Shown one piece after another: positions 47,849 to 60,998 of a stretch of 64,000 nt of DNA. The notes beneath the pieces are model-generated. The model ran no database searches and was not told the origin of the DNA. It saw only the letters and a list, made by a program, of their open reading frames with translations. Source of the stretch: Massalongia carnosa (lineage: Eukaryota); NCBI GenBank assembly GCA_965645245.1, contig OZ287082.1:186001-250000 (forward strand). The letters run 5' to 3'. A program made the position numbers and the translations under genes. Numbering within the stretch: the first letter of the stretch is position 1; every line of letters starts with the position of its first letter.

Positions 47849-48973
47849 ATGTCCGCCATTACCAGAGCGCTTGCGGTATTTCAACAACATCGCAACGGGC
47901 AGTCAACCGAGTCGTGGCTCCAGCTCGGTTTGCCACTGCATGACTACGTGGGCCTGTGGAAGCATCTCGAATAGGATCACGATCTGAAGGGATACATCGA
48001 GGACAAAGTGCGGTAGGATATATCCGCTGCGTTTCGGAAACCAAGGAAACTGAACAGGCATGCATGATAGATACGACTACGACTCGCAACGGGAACTCCT
48101 CACCTTTCGCATGGCGTCGACCACGCATGACCTCCTTGCCAGTCAGTTCGCATTCGAGTTCATGCATCAGCTCAAAATCATTGCGGACGAGGCGGAAAAC
48201 CAGGAGATCGCCGACATGTGTCACGGCTTTCGGGATTTTTCCACGGCGCAGGTGAATCTCTTGGAGCATGGCACGCGCAGCCCAGATAAATCATTTCGAT
48301 ACAAAGACACGCGGTTTCCCGGAGTGGTGGTGGAGGTTGCCCACGCGCAGAAAATCCAAGATCTGCCCCGTCTCGCCATGCGGTATATCGATGGATCAAA
48401 ATGAAACATCCGCATGATGGTGGCGCTGAACACGGATTATCGCACGTCAAAGCTTGCTCAAGTGATGGTGTGGCAAATGGAAATTCACACGACAAATGAT
48501 AAAGAATCGTCATGTACAGTGAAGTGCACGGTGAAATCGGTAAATGAACGCGCCTTGCCTCGAGAGTGGAACGAATCTCATCCGTCAACATCTAGACATT
48601 TTGTCAAGCCGACGGCACTTCAGGCACCGGAACCCTCCTTCTCTCGCTCAAAGACTTCGCACCGATCCAACTGCTTTCCCCTCCCGCCGCAGCCTATCTG
48701 ACCGCTCGAAACCCCACGATCGAAATGCCATTTGCGCAACTGTCAGCATTCCTGATCGAGGCCGAACACAGTCAGGCTCTGGAGCAAGGCGATCTGTCCG
48801 CGGTGGGCGAGCGTTTCAGCGAGCCGTGCTTCCTGGCAACCAATTCCTCGGACAGCGAGGAGGATATGACCGATCAGGAGGACCGGGAAAAGGACGATGA
48901 CGACGATACGAACGATGGGGATTATGTAGAGAAGACGAGAACGACAAAGGAAACGAGGAATACCGACAAGTGA
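47849..48973 (+). pseudogene. Fungal PD-(D/E)XK nuclease-like gene with nonsense mutations
   Basis: SPDKSF...PGVVVEVAHAQ motif; intron 48013-48070; stops at 47972 and 48402; acidic tail. Confidence 0.65.
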
Positions 48974-49256
48974 ACAAACCAGAGAGCGATCGAACGAATG
49001 AGCGGATCCAAATCTGCGATTCTGCCTAGGATCGCGTATTAAAATCAATCAATCGATTAATTATGTGACGAGGCAACCTTGACGTAATTGTCTGTGATCA
49101 AAAGGACACTATTTACTGAGAATAATCAAAGATGCAGAAAGAAAACATGAAGATGCTCGGTCGTGAAAGCCATAAGCGCTAGACCTAGAGTGAAGAACGA
49201 CAAAAGATGATCGAACAGAATCATCAACTACACTCACGACACGTCAAAGATTAAAA

Positions 49257-49800
49257 TTGCGACTGAGTTCTTTGCTTCTTCCTCTCTTCATCACGAAAGT
49301 TCTCATCAAAGTTCTTGCTGTCGCTCTAAACTACAGAGATGTCAACATTCCAACGATGAGAACCCTTCGGCCTGTGACGTCTCATGAAGTCATCGACAAT
49401 GATGCCGTGATAAAAGTAATCATCATCGACGATCGAATGAAATTTTGTAAGGTCGGCGAAAGATTTGCGCTCAATCCTGATACGAAAAATCTCACGGCCC
49501 GAAAGTCTAGCTCATCCTGATTGACGGCAAATGAGAATGACATGTGGACAGACTTTCTGGTGTAGGATGTCAAGATCTTGAGCAGATTCCCGACTTTGGT
49601 TGAATTGAATAAAAGCCAACATCATATGTTGTGTGGACCTTTCTGCTTGTTCTGTATTGAAACACGTCGTAAATGGTGAAAGCGTGTTGATGCAAGATAA
49701 AGTGTTGCACCGCGACTCGAAACACGATAATAGCTAACTATTGCTAGACATTGATGATGTTGTCATGTTGGCTTTCAAAAGAGAGGAGTGAGATATGTCC
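49257..49800 (+). pseudogene. Heavily mutated zinc-type alcohol dehydrogenase / MDR oxidoreductase remnant
   Basis: VLIKVLAVALNYRD and KVGER motifs; Gly positions eroded in a way consistent with G>A changes; multiple stops. End approximate. Confidence 0.65.
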
Positions 49801-50599
49801 TTCTCAAAAGAAGGATCAATAGCTCTCGTGCATATTGTTGTGTTCTTTCTTATTCAACTCTGTAATTCAGCTTTTCGGAATGCTTCCTTAGTCCGGACAA
49901 TGCGATTTGTGATCATGATAAGCATTCAGAGTCTGATGAACCGCCGATCAAATCACCTCTGCTGATTTCTAGGCAAGGGCGTCCGCTTCCTAAACACTTG
50001 AGAGAGTTTGATTCCTCTAAAGCGTGCTCCTGAGAGTTCAACTCCTTCCGACGGAGCTGAAGAGTAGAGTTAAATAACAAAACAACAACATGCATGACAA
50101 GGGAACGGGAACTACAAACGGGTTTGCTAAGTAATGTTCTCGTATTATGTTCAACGTCAGCAAGTCAATATTACTGCAGACTTGGTCGATCTGTGTTGTT
50201 TGTGAATCCACGTGCTAATTGATGTTATCTACTGAGTCGATTGTATTAAACGATTCGGTGCAATTCGCGCTGATCTGTACAGCGGACGTTGATCCGCATG
50301 CGCTCCATGATTGAAATCGACCGCTACGACTTGGCGTTGACGGAAATTGAGCCTGCGAAATCCAGCAAATAGTGTCGAGGTTGTAGCGAAGCAGTTCATG
50401 AAAATTGCTGCATCGAAACAACTCGAATTCTTCATGTGTTAGGACTACATTGATACAGATTTGCGGGACCTTCATGAGCCTCGTCACGCTGTAAGGCTGG
50501 CTTTCTATCCGTTTGTCCTCCAATTCCATCCCTTTACTTTGATACTGACTCATACAAAACATAGAAAGGAGGCCACATAGCCAAGTCCGGCGAAAAGAG

Positions 50600-52062
50600 C
50601 GGCGCCCCAATACCTTTCTTTACCTGTAGCCTCCACCGCATCGAGAAGGCTCTCAGCGATCGAGATACTTATCGACACGCCAAAAGCTACTACCGTGAAG
50701 CAGCTTGCTTAATATCGCCCATATTCCTGGGTTTCGCAAAGCTGACATAGGCAGATTGGTGTCAAGCTAACATTTGACCCGCGGACGAACTCGAACAGTA
50801 GTACAAAGACTACCAGGAGGGCGTCGTCCAGGTTCGGTACGAGGATGTCTACTAACCAGAAACATAGGATTGATACTGTGCAGAGGAACAACGAGACAAT
50901 CATGCTGCTGTATCGGCCGAATCGATCAGCCAGGTCGCCCGCCGCAAACCGGCAACCGCATGAAGCAACATTGAGAATCGCGAGAAGTTGATATGCGAAT
51001 GCCGCTGACCCCGTCAAGGCCTCCTCGTGAAACAGATGTTGTCGATCGATGTAGTAGCTTAGCGCGTATGTAATAGGTATGAAGTACGCCGTATCTGTCA
51101 AAAGGACTCCAGTAATTGTGGCTGCCATGGCTCTTGTTCCATCCATGAAGATTCGTGGGTCCAGCAAAGATTCTCGCCAAGTAGTTGCTGCTCCTTTGCG
51201 CGGTGGAACTCTGCTTCGGCAAAATGCCGCGCTGATAGCGCATAGCATGAGCAGCACAAATCCGAGAATACGGATCGACCATCCCCATCCAACTTGAGGG
51301 AGGAGTGATTGTATCATCAGGGGAAAAAGACCGCCACCAAAACCGCCTTCTATGAAAGCTATGCCAGTGGCGAGACCGCGACGCTTCATAAACCAATGAG
51401 CGACGCAGCCCATGGATAGGGTGAGGAGAAGGGATGAACCGATACCAGTCAAGATGGAGAATGACAGAAAGATCTGATAGTATTCTATATCACTATTAGT
51501 AATGAACAGAGCTTTTTAGAAAAGATCAGGCTAACATTAATCCGAGCAGATTGTTTCGAGAATGGGTGAGGCATGAAGTATAATTGAAAGCTGAATTTAC
51601 CTGTACAGACGCTGAGCTAGAAAATGCCAATGAGCGTACAAATAGCTCCGGCAATTATCAGTGCACGCGGGCCCATCGCATTGAAGGTCGGTCCAACTTG
51701 CACCCCACAAAACCAGTTCACGAAGGCGAGATTGAGAATATCCAGCCAAGAGTCGAAGGAGATTCTTCCGGTAAGATCACTTTTGAGATAACGACCTCGA
51801 ACACTCCGGCTGTGTTGTAGATACCTAGCGATGCGGTCAAGCCACACCAAGCACCCAACACCACCAATCAGGCATCACGGCCACCCTCGGGATAAGCAAC
51901 CTCGGTGTCGACGGCCGCTGGGTAAACCGCTGTGGGAAGAGATGGGGAAGGTTTTTCAACATGGGGAGAAGAACCATTTTCGTCCGCAAAAGTCTCCTTT
52001 TCGTCATCCGTGATGTGCAAAACACTTATCAATGACGAACTGTGTTCGGAGCTCTGTGCCAT
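50600..52062 (-). pseudogene. MFS monocarboxylate-transporter family (MCH5-like) pseudogene
   Basis: YPEGGRDA*LVVLG (TGG>TGA), HWFMKRRGLATGIA..GGFGG, LADRFGR, EYGRY; stops and frameshifts. 3' end approximate. Confidence 0.85.
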
Positions 52063-53333
52063 TGTCTCCTACTGCTTCGCTTCGAAAGCCTTGCAATGGG
52101 TGCAACTCAAAGGACGCGAAAGTAAATCATTAATTCTCGTCGTATGTTATTAGTTGAAGGATGTTTTTGTTTGACAGGGGAAGTGATTGATCAAATCTGC
52201 CTAGGGTTGCTGGAAGGTTAAATCACCTTTAGAGAAGAAGGCGAGAAGTCGAGAAGGTGACATTTGATGCTGCAGTGGCTTTCGAACTTTTGATGCAATG
52301 AGAAGCATCTTAAGACCCTGTACTGAAGCAGAAGAGCATACTCAAAGTGACCACTCACCGCAAAGCAACGGGAAGTAGGAAGCATGTATTCAAAGTACCC
52401 CATCAGCGACAAGCGACGGAACTGTGAACTTATAGTGATCAATCAGCGACAAGCACTTGCGCTGTGCACACGAAATGATCATCCAGCAAGAAGCACTGGA
52501 TGTGTACCTAAAGTGACCAATGAGCTGTCGTCGTCTATGCATAGACTTGTCGCTGACATCCGATTTTCATACCCTGCGCTAGGGGCGGGTTGACAATCCG
52601 ACCGACGATGTGGCTAGAAGATGTATCCTGCATGATGAATGCAGCTCACTCACGTCTAGTAAAAAGGCCGTATCGTCAACTGCAGCACTATCAACGAACT
52701 TACGCACTCAATATCGATTAGGTACTCATAAAGAATCTGCATCAAGTAGTCGCGGTCATTCCATCCTTGAAAGATCGGCCTTTGACTCAGACTTTAGCAC
52801 GTAAGCAACTACTTCATTGTACATCTTCTCAGCTGAAACGTACTTTCATGTACAAACTCCAAACTGCGCAACACACATGCTCGATCTCACGCAGCTTCGT
52901 AGTCACTTTGTTGACAAAATTTCTCAGCTTTATCGTTTATTTATCGATGCGATTCGAATTTCTGCAATAAAATAGCGGCGTCAAGCCACGATAGATATAG
53001 GATAGAGTTAAATCATGATATACAGATTAGAATAATGATGAGTTCAAAGATTAACATAAATAAAAAATTTTAAAAATGATTAACAGTTTAATTATCTATT
53101 ATATTTATAAGACTCTTTTTATCAGATTTCAAATACAACATAAAGTAATCGAACAAATAATAACCGACGTCTAACTTATCAAGTTTTCGAACTTTAATAA
53201 GAAACTTCAATCGTCAATAAAAAGTAGATTGCCTGCCGCAGATAAAGTTTTTAAAAATTGCGTGAGATATCGAAAATAAATCGTTAATCACACGTTGCAT
53301 TCTTTATCACGACTAAAAGTCAAGAATGTAATT

Positions 53334-53503
53334 TGTGACGAAGCGAGATAGTGAATAGATTTCTACCATTGCGCTACCTGTCCTTCCTGACCAAAAGGCA
53401 CAATATTTAGTCCGCAGATCAAGCTCTATCTACTGTAACTAGGACTCCTGCAATGTTCGCTGTAGGTCCTGCCGTCCGCACCACGCATGGTCGAACCGTT
53501 ACA
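53334..53503 (-). mobile_element. Solo LTR family D, inverted
   Basis: Reverse complement of 30100-30269; TSD TAATT. Confidence 0.93.
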
Positions 53504-53586
53504 TAATTCAAATAATGCAAACGTAATATTAAATTGTTTAGTTAGATAAAAATGTTGAAATACGTATATAATTATAACTATATGTA

Positions 53587-53665
53587 CACCGCGCAACGGG
53601 TGTAATACGGATGGCATACGTGATCGCCTATAACGGTTGTGGGATTAACTTACATAAGCCAAACC
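53587..53665 (+). mobile_element. TIR remnant (CACCGCGCAACGGG) abutting a 65-bp 5' fragment of LTR family A
   Basis: Matches the MITE TIR at 8773 and the LTR-A start at 16608. Confidence 0.7.
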
Positions 53666-53742
53666 TGTTATGAAACGGCTTCGAACCAAAAGGATCTCGG
53701 CCTTATCCGTAGTTGCCCCCTCTATCCTGTCCCCACCTACCG

Positions 53743-53842
53743 TACCGCAGGTTCATTGGAGCTACCGCAGGTTCATTAGACCTACCGCGGCTTCATTGGA
53801 CCTACCGCAGGTTCATTAGACCTACCACAGGTTCATTGGTCA
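53743..53842 (+). repeat. 5 x 20-bp tandem repeat TACCGCAGGTTCATTRGACC
   Basis: Directly visible. Confidence 0.92.
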
Positions 53843-55248
53843 GTGCGCGCTGTTCCAACCTTTCCCGATGCGGTTAACGTAATTCACCTGTATTCGGAAC
53901 ACCCGCTTATTCGGAACTAACAAAACCACGTATCTTACTTTCAACCATTATCTCTTCTACAACATATTGAAGAAAACCCTAAAACTGATTTAATAAGGTA
54001 AAGGGTATTATAATTATCATAATAGCTGATTATCGATAAATTACACCGCTGAAATGGCTTCTTCCCGGCAGTTTCGAGTTACAAAATCGAGATTGCGTAC
54101 TACCTTGAAAGACGAGGTTAGAGAACGTTTAAAATAGGCATTTAAGGTCTATGAGACGGCAGAAGGGTCGTTGTCTATTACGCAAGCTGCTTGACTTCGT
54201 GCGGTACCGACAACAATATTGTATCACAGGATAAACGGTCACCAGGACCTGGTATCGTACGTTACTTCAATGCAGAGGTTAATGTTGGAATACTCGCTTA
54301 GCCCCATTAGTTCTAGCTCAGCCCTGCAGGCGGCCATGACTGCTATAAGCAGTCACCTCCGTAGTAATTTCTACATTATGCCGTCAACTGTTTATTTAAC
54401 AGTTAACGCCCGAGGATCTCTTCAGAGCTAGTTTAACTAGAGCTACTAGACTCCGCCTTGACAAAATATCAGCTAAGCCTTATAAGGACGACGACACTCT
54501 ACCTAGCGCTAGTACTCTTATTCAAACGCGTTATCTTTCAGGCCAAATATCACCAATATCAGGAAACATAGAACAAGTCTCAAAGGTTGAGGAGTTTATA
54601 TACTATTTCGCCATCAGACTCTTGATTCCTCTAAGCTTACTCTTCTACAAAAAACCCTTAAAGCAGCTAGGCTTGCTATGACTGATCGTATTGTCTTGAA
54701 TCGTACTAATACGGAGCTTTTAGCAGCCAATACACGAAAAAAACAACGAACTCAACGTACGGGCTCTCAATATGATGTTCAAGGGGATCGCGTATTGAGT
54801 TTAGAAGATGTGGAGAAAAGAAGAAAACTAGCTGAAAATAAGAAAAAGGAGAAAGAGGCTAGATCACAGGTAAGGAAGAAAAACAGAACGATCGACTATT
54901 TTTTCAGGTATCTAAAGACCTAATGCGATTTGAGCCCGACCTAATATACGTGCCTGATCTTGTAACATCATGATCTTTACTTAAAAATAAGAAACGAGAC
55001 GATTCTATCTTTCAAAACGCATTTCACGACCTTATTCAGATTACACCTCAGATTTTTAAGGAGACAGTTGAGGGTGACCTAGGGTTTAAAAAAACTGCTC
55101 GAAATAAAGGAAAAGGTATACCAAGAAAGAAAAATATCACTAGGTTGGTACAAGGTGATGTGGAAATAGTAGGAAAGGGGGAGAAGTAGGAAGTTTTAGA
55201 GGTTCGGGTTAGCTCGCGCGGTCGTGTCATCTGTAACACTCGTAATAT

Positions 55249-58200
55249 TGTTATGGTTATGGAATTATGGTATTATGACTATAGTCGTAGCTCCCTTTAT
55301 GGGAAGTCTCAATTGAGACTAGCGTATTTTAAGCTTATATAGGCGAGCAGACTTGCTCATTTAATCACCATCTTTCAACACTCGTATAATCTTGCCTAGA
55401 CGCAACAATGGTAGCACTGTTTTGATTTCTTGATTCCAGTACGATAGCTTCTAGACACCAATTAATACGTCTTCAGCTATCACCAGTCCTCCGGCACCAA
55501 TTGTTTGCTGAGGAACTCAACCAAGCTCGGTCTGCCTTAGCAGACATTCACATCCGACCTTACTATCCTGCACATCTTTCACCTTATCTTTCATCCGTGT
55601 TAGCTGTGCCTGTCCACCAGTACATTGACTGGAACAGCCATCACCCTGGCTCCATCTTCCATCCCCATCCCCGTGGAAGAGGATCTTCTCGTTCTGACCT
55701 TTCAGATCCACGACCTGTTGGCGGACCATCCCAGCTTGACCTTGGAGCTACCTCTTCGCATAGCAAGCTTTGTCAAGTACCTGGTTACAGTCTCTCCTCG
55801 ACCAGAAGGCTTACGGGAGATCTCGGAAAACTCTGGCGCCAGAACCCGTTCAGTTACACGCTCTCAGACTATCTCGTACCCTTCAAACTGGTCTGAAAAA
55901 GACATCCGGACAGCGGTCTTCGAGGACTATCGAATAAGAACTAAGCCTCATAGACAGCATCCAACCTATCAACCCTTCGCGGAACGCGACAATACTAACC
56001 GTCCCCCTGGCACTACTCCTCAACCCATCGAACCAAGAGAGATGGCCGGGTCCAGCGCTAGTGCAGCCACTGTATCCCAAGCTCACATCGAAGCCTTGGT
56101 CAACAAGGCAGTCGAAGATGCCCTAGCCAAATATGCCGTTGCCGCTGCCAAAACTTCCCCACCTGACCCTAGTGTGTCCACAGACGGAGGATCCATTGCT
56201 GGTGCTCCTCGGGGAGAATCACGTTGGGTATCTTCCGAGTTAGGGTTTTTTGATCCGAATTACGATGAAAAGTCTATCAGCACCGGGAACGCCATAGAAC
56301 ATGACGGTACCAAGACTTACTTCCGAGACGTTCATCTCTTTGTCCAGAGGGCTAAGGAAATGGTCATCACCAAGGGTGCTGCCGTAGTGAGGAATAATCT
56401 GTGGATGTGTTTACAGGGCGAAGCATTGGAGTGGTGGCACAGTGAGTTGGATGACGATAAGCGGGAGATGACCAAGCTAGCAGGAAGCCGAGACACATCG
56501 ATAGGCCAATGGGAGAGGTTACTCTTACGGAGGTTCCAGCAGCCGTCCAACATAGCTATGGATGCCATCTTACATGAGAAGTATACCATCCGTGACGCGG
56601 CTAATCGACGGGAACCACGCGAGTATGTCCAAAAGATGCTTCGATCTGCCAAGGATGCTGGTATGACCAGTGTGCAGAATCAGTTGGACATTATCTATAA
56701 CGGTATAGACAATGAGGTGCGACAAAGCGACCTTCGTAGGCCTAAGGAAGGCACTACCCTGAGCGAATTTCTTCAGGACATGGATGAGTGTAAGCATGAC
56801 TGGTGGGCTCGGGCCAAGGCACCTCGCTCTCATCGGTCACTCGTATTCAACCTAGTAAGTTCGAAACAAGAGGAGGACCTTATCAGTCCCTTTCTCGTTC
56901 ATTTCAACGGCCTTTTCAAGCGCCTTTTCAACAGAACAAGTCGCTTTTTCAGGATCAGTATCAGTTTCCTTATAGAGAATCTTATCGTATTGCGCAAACT
57001 GGTCAGACTTACATGCCTCAGCAGTTACAGGGATACTTCGACAAAAGATATCTGGTTACACCCAGTGATGGCTTTCAACACAACGGACATTCACAACAGA
57101 CAGGACAATATCCTCGCTATCAGAACAACCTATCCAACGTAAACGCAAGAGCCCCAGCTTCTGTATCTTCTAATCAGTTCCAACGTCCTCAGATCGCGGA
57201 CGTACCTTCAAACGCACCCGGAGGTCCTAGACAACCTCTTCATCCCATGACGAACCCGCAGCAAACAGGGTCTAATCGTGGTCCTTGGTCTGACCACGTA
57301 AGACCTCAACAGAAGGCATATCAGACTTCGGTCTCAGAGGAGCTCGAGGATGATTACGGGAACTACGAGAAAGAGCTAGGAACACACTTTGCAGAAGAAC
57401 GGAACGAGCAGGAGTTTTCGGAAGAAGAGTATCCATACCAGTATGAGGAAACATCAAATTTTGTTGTTCCGGTCGAACCAAGTATTTTTCCCTGCACAAG
57501 ATGTGCGGCCTCCTTCTCATCAAGGAATAAACTATTTCGCCATCTACGAAAGGACTGCTGGTCTCAAACGAAGGATACGCTGACTACAGTCAGCATGATG
57601 ACTACAGTCGCCAAGGATAAGCTTTCGCCTAACTTAGCGGTCGTAAAAACATCACCCTCCTCTACCGATCTTATACAGAAAATAGTGTCAACTATCAGCC
57701 CTGATAAAACCAAGGGTGTTGGATATGCCTTTCGAGGTTATCACTATGCTACCGCTCAAGTATCTTATGGAAGCTCCGCTCTGATGTCAGAAATATGCTT
57801 GGATTCTGGAACTTCGGTTACTATGGGAGATCGTGCTTATCTACAGAAGCATGTTCCGGATCTCGTCATCACTAGAATGGCATCTCCGGTTCCTATTCGT
57901 GGAGTAGGTAAAGGCGAGGTAAGAACAGATGAAGTAGCTCTTGTACAGGTAAATCTTGATGGAATCTCCAAGGATGGTCTTGCTACCGGCGTAATAATCA
58001 TCGAAGTCCACATAGTAGATGACCTGAAAGTCAATCTACTCATAGGAAACGATGTCATGACGCCTCAAGGTATGACCTTAGACTTAGGGAAGCAGGTCAT
58101 GACGATCGATAGTTGCAAGGGCATCAAGATACCCATCAACAGTCGTGCCCGTGTTACTCCACACATCAAGCGCACGATCCGATCTAAGAATGCCTTCACT

Positions 58201-59115
58201 GTTCTTCCTGGAACGACCATGCGCGTACCAGTCACTTTCAATGGACAGTTACCAGATGACAGAGATTTTCTCTTCGAACCACAGCTGGCAGCCAGTCATG
58301 ACTTGGGGCATGAGGGAGGCGTTTTCGCCCACATAGTAGACACTGACCTATCATGGGTAAACATTCATAACGCTACCAGCACTCCGGTGGTTCTTCCGAA
58401 GAGAGCTCGCCTAGGATCAGTGGTAGAATACGCGCACCATGGATGCTGCATGAAATTACCAGCGGAAGCCCATCTAGCTACGTCAGGATGGAAGACTGGA
58501 AGATCTATAAGATCATTAATCACAAAGGGAGCGGCCTTAATGGCTACGGCTTATGCCACATCCGTATCATCTAGTGGCACAATCGGTGTTGATACCACCA
58601 CTTCAATAAAACCTACCTCATTTATAGCTCCCGATATGGAGATGAGGCTATTTGACGGAGTTAACGTTTATGGCCATATCGGGTACGACCGTGGAAATTC
58701 CGGAGGAAGAATGGATGCCCATCAACCTGAAATCAGGTATCGTACCAAAACCGCCCGCGAAGGTGTACCCGGTAGGACAAAGAGACAAAGAATGTATCGA
58801 CACAACTTTTAATAAGCTTCAGGAACAGGGAAAACTTAAGTTCACCACTCAACCTACAATGTTCAGCTATCCATGCTTCGTAGTGTGGAAAGATACTCCA
58901 AGTGGACGAAAGGGTAGAGGGCGTCAGCGAGGTCGCTAACCTTTTTGCTTTGTTTGTCGGCATCTGTTGGAATTATGGTATTATGACTATAGTCGTAGCT
59001 CCCTTCATGGGAAGTCTCAATTGAGAATAGCGTATTTTAAGCTTATATAGGCGAGCAGACTTGCTCATTTAATCAACATCTTTCAACACTCGTATAATCT
59101 TGCCTAGACGCAACA
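55249..59115 (+). mobile_element. Internally deleted Ty3/Gypsy element (Gypsy-3)
   Basis: LTRs 55249-55407 and 58965-59115, TSD AATAT, PBS TGGTAGCACTG at 55409. Confidence 0.92.
55625..58920 (+). pseudogene. Gypsy-3 gag, zinc finger, protease and start of RT; frameshifted, RT/RH/IN deleted
   Basis: ELGFFDP, CLQGEALEWW, CTRC..FSSRNKLFRHL, CLDSGTS..LLIGND, YPCFVVWK..RKGR, then truncation. Confidence 0.85.
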
Positions 59116-59647
59116 AATATGTAGCTCTACAAGCTTATGCCTAGCTATATATATTCACTAGAACCTGTTCATCAATTCCCGAGTACATGTGCTAGAAATT
59201 TTGCGGATGCGGCGGTGATTAAAAATTACGAAGGTTGGTATCAAATTTGTTAGTTCCGAATAAGCGGGTGTTCCGAATAGCAGTGAATTACGTTAGATCG
59301 AGTACGGCTCCGCCTCTGATCTTCGAAACCATAATTACCCGGTCCCCATTAGGTGTCTTCGTCTTAACTTAGGAAAAGGAGATGAATAGGAGACATCAAA
59401 AGGAATAAGGAGGTGAGGAACAGATATAAAAGAAGGGGTCGAGTCTCGAAAGTTCTGGCTCCTTGTCAGACGTCTTGAATAGCCAATCTAGCCTAGCTGT
59501 AGCTATAGACTCAGTCAATTAGAAAGCTTGACCATCCAATCCAGTCCCCTGACAGCTGATGAGAAAATTGTCGGAAACTTTTAACCTAGAACTTTACATG
59601 TATAAGTTTATAAATGAAAAAAATATCTTTTAAACTTTATTCATAAT

Positions 59648-60998
59648 TGTTACAGCGCCGCCGTATAAGGGTGATTATTACTAAGCCTGATGACTCAGCG
59701 GTGCTGAACACAGTCATACTATAGTCAGGTCAAGCGATGACTAATGGGACGGGACAGAAGGTCTGAGCCCACGGAGGAATGTAATGGGCTACGAGACCAG
59801 TAAGCTTATCACGAGCGACACTGATCTCGAAAGGGGAAATGCTCAGCGTGAGAGGAGGAAGATAGCTACTACGTGCTAGTCTCCGAGAGTATACGTGATC
59901 CAAAGAACTAATAGATGTGGAAGTGCTTAGACCAAGAGATCTCGTCCGAGACCCAAACGTAGGTTGTTCCTAGAATAAAGACTAATTGCTAACGAATACT
60001 ACAAGATTCGTTCTGATATTTATCCTACTCACCCCAAGCCTATAGCCTTGGGAGCCTTGGAACCTTAGGAGCCTTGCAAGCCTGGGGAGTCTTGCGAGCA
60101 TTACAGCCTTGCAATCCACATCCGACTTTATCGCATTACATCCAACCATCCCTCAGGATCCATCCACGAACTCGGCGTTCGCTGGATCATCTAGTCAGCC
60201 TCGAGCAGCCTTCTAGACCTTCCCTTGCAAGGTAGAACAATTCTACCCCCGGCTAGATCCCTCACTACATGCCTCAGGCTATGTAGCTTCATTTCGCCGT
60301 CACCACTACCTAGTGATGGAAGGTTACCTCCGACTGAATACCTCGCTACACTGCGGACCTGCCTCTAGACACAAGGTCTAGACAACGAGGTCATGTAGGT
60401 TCATTCAGCCGACATCACTACCAACGTAGTAATAAAGGTTGAAGCTGAAGTTTACACCGGGGAGCCTAGCTCAAGCTGCGTCCAGCGAGCCGTGCCTCCT
60501 GCTACCTCTCTTGAACCATCAAGAGATCCAGTAGCTCCGAGTAGGCCAGTAGATCCCATATAGAGTTCCTTGGCGTCTCCACAGGAGTCCGCCTTACACT
60601 CCATGGCAATCTACCACCACGGCCTCGACAGGTGTTTGATCTGTAAGTAGTCAAGAACGTGATAACAATAACTCCGAAGTTTCGGGGCAAGATGGCAGTG
60701 TGTCAGCCTCGACGGCTTATGCGACTTCGTACTACGGCATGGTCCACGCTAGTTAATCCCGCAACCGCCATAGACGATCACGTATCCCTCTAGCGCCATC
60801 CGTATTACAAGGAACGTCCGCCCTTAGTTGGCATAGTTTGCAGAGTACTGAAGAAACTCGACCTCGACTATTCCCACTGATCTAGATAATGTGGTGTTAG
60901 GCCCACCTAGATAGATCATCTTACAATTTAACTACTCCGTACTAAATTGTTCTACTCTTAACCCACTACACTACTCCTAGTCCAGAGTCACTCTAACA
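59648..60998. mobile_element. Solo LTR (about 316 bp net) interrupted by LTR family A
   Basis: TGTTA...TAACA; flanks ATAAT/ATAAA. Confidence 0.7.
59780..60809 (-). mobile_element. Solo LTR family A, inverted (1030 bp)
   Basis: Reverse-complement homolog of 16608-17634; TSD AGGAA. Confidence 0.93.

Larger units (their letters stand above)
53877..59293 (+). mobile_element. Internally deleted Fot1/Pot2-like transposon (pogo-4)
   Basis: 48-bp TIR ACGTAATTCAC...GGAACTAACAAA, TA TSD; HTH remnant 54054-54282 and C-terminal remnant 54464-55248; catalytic core absent. Confidence 0.88.
53666..59554 (+). mobile_element. LTR (related to 32245-32731) split by pogo-4
   Basis: TGTTATGAAA start, ...CCTGACA end; 3' part similar to 32570-32700; flanks do not form a TSD. 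Confidence 0.65.
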
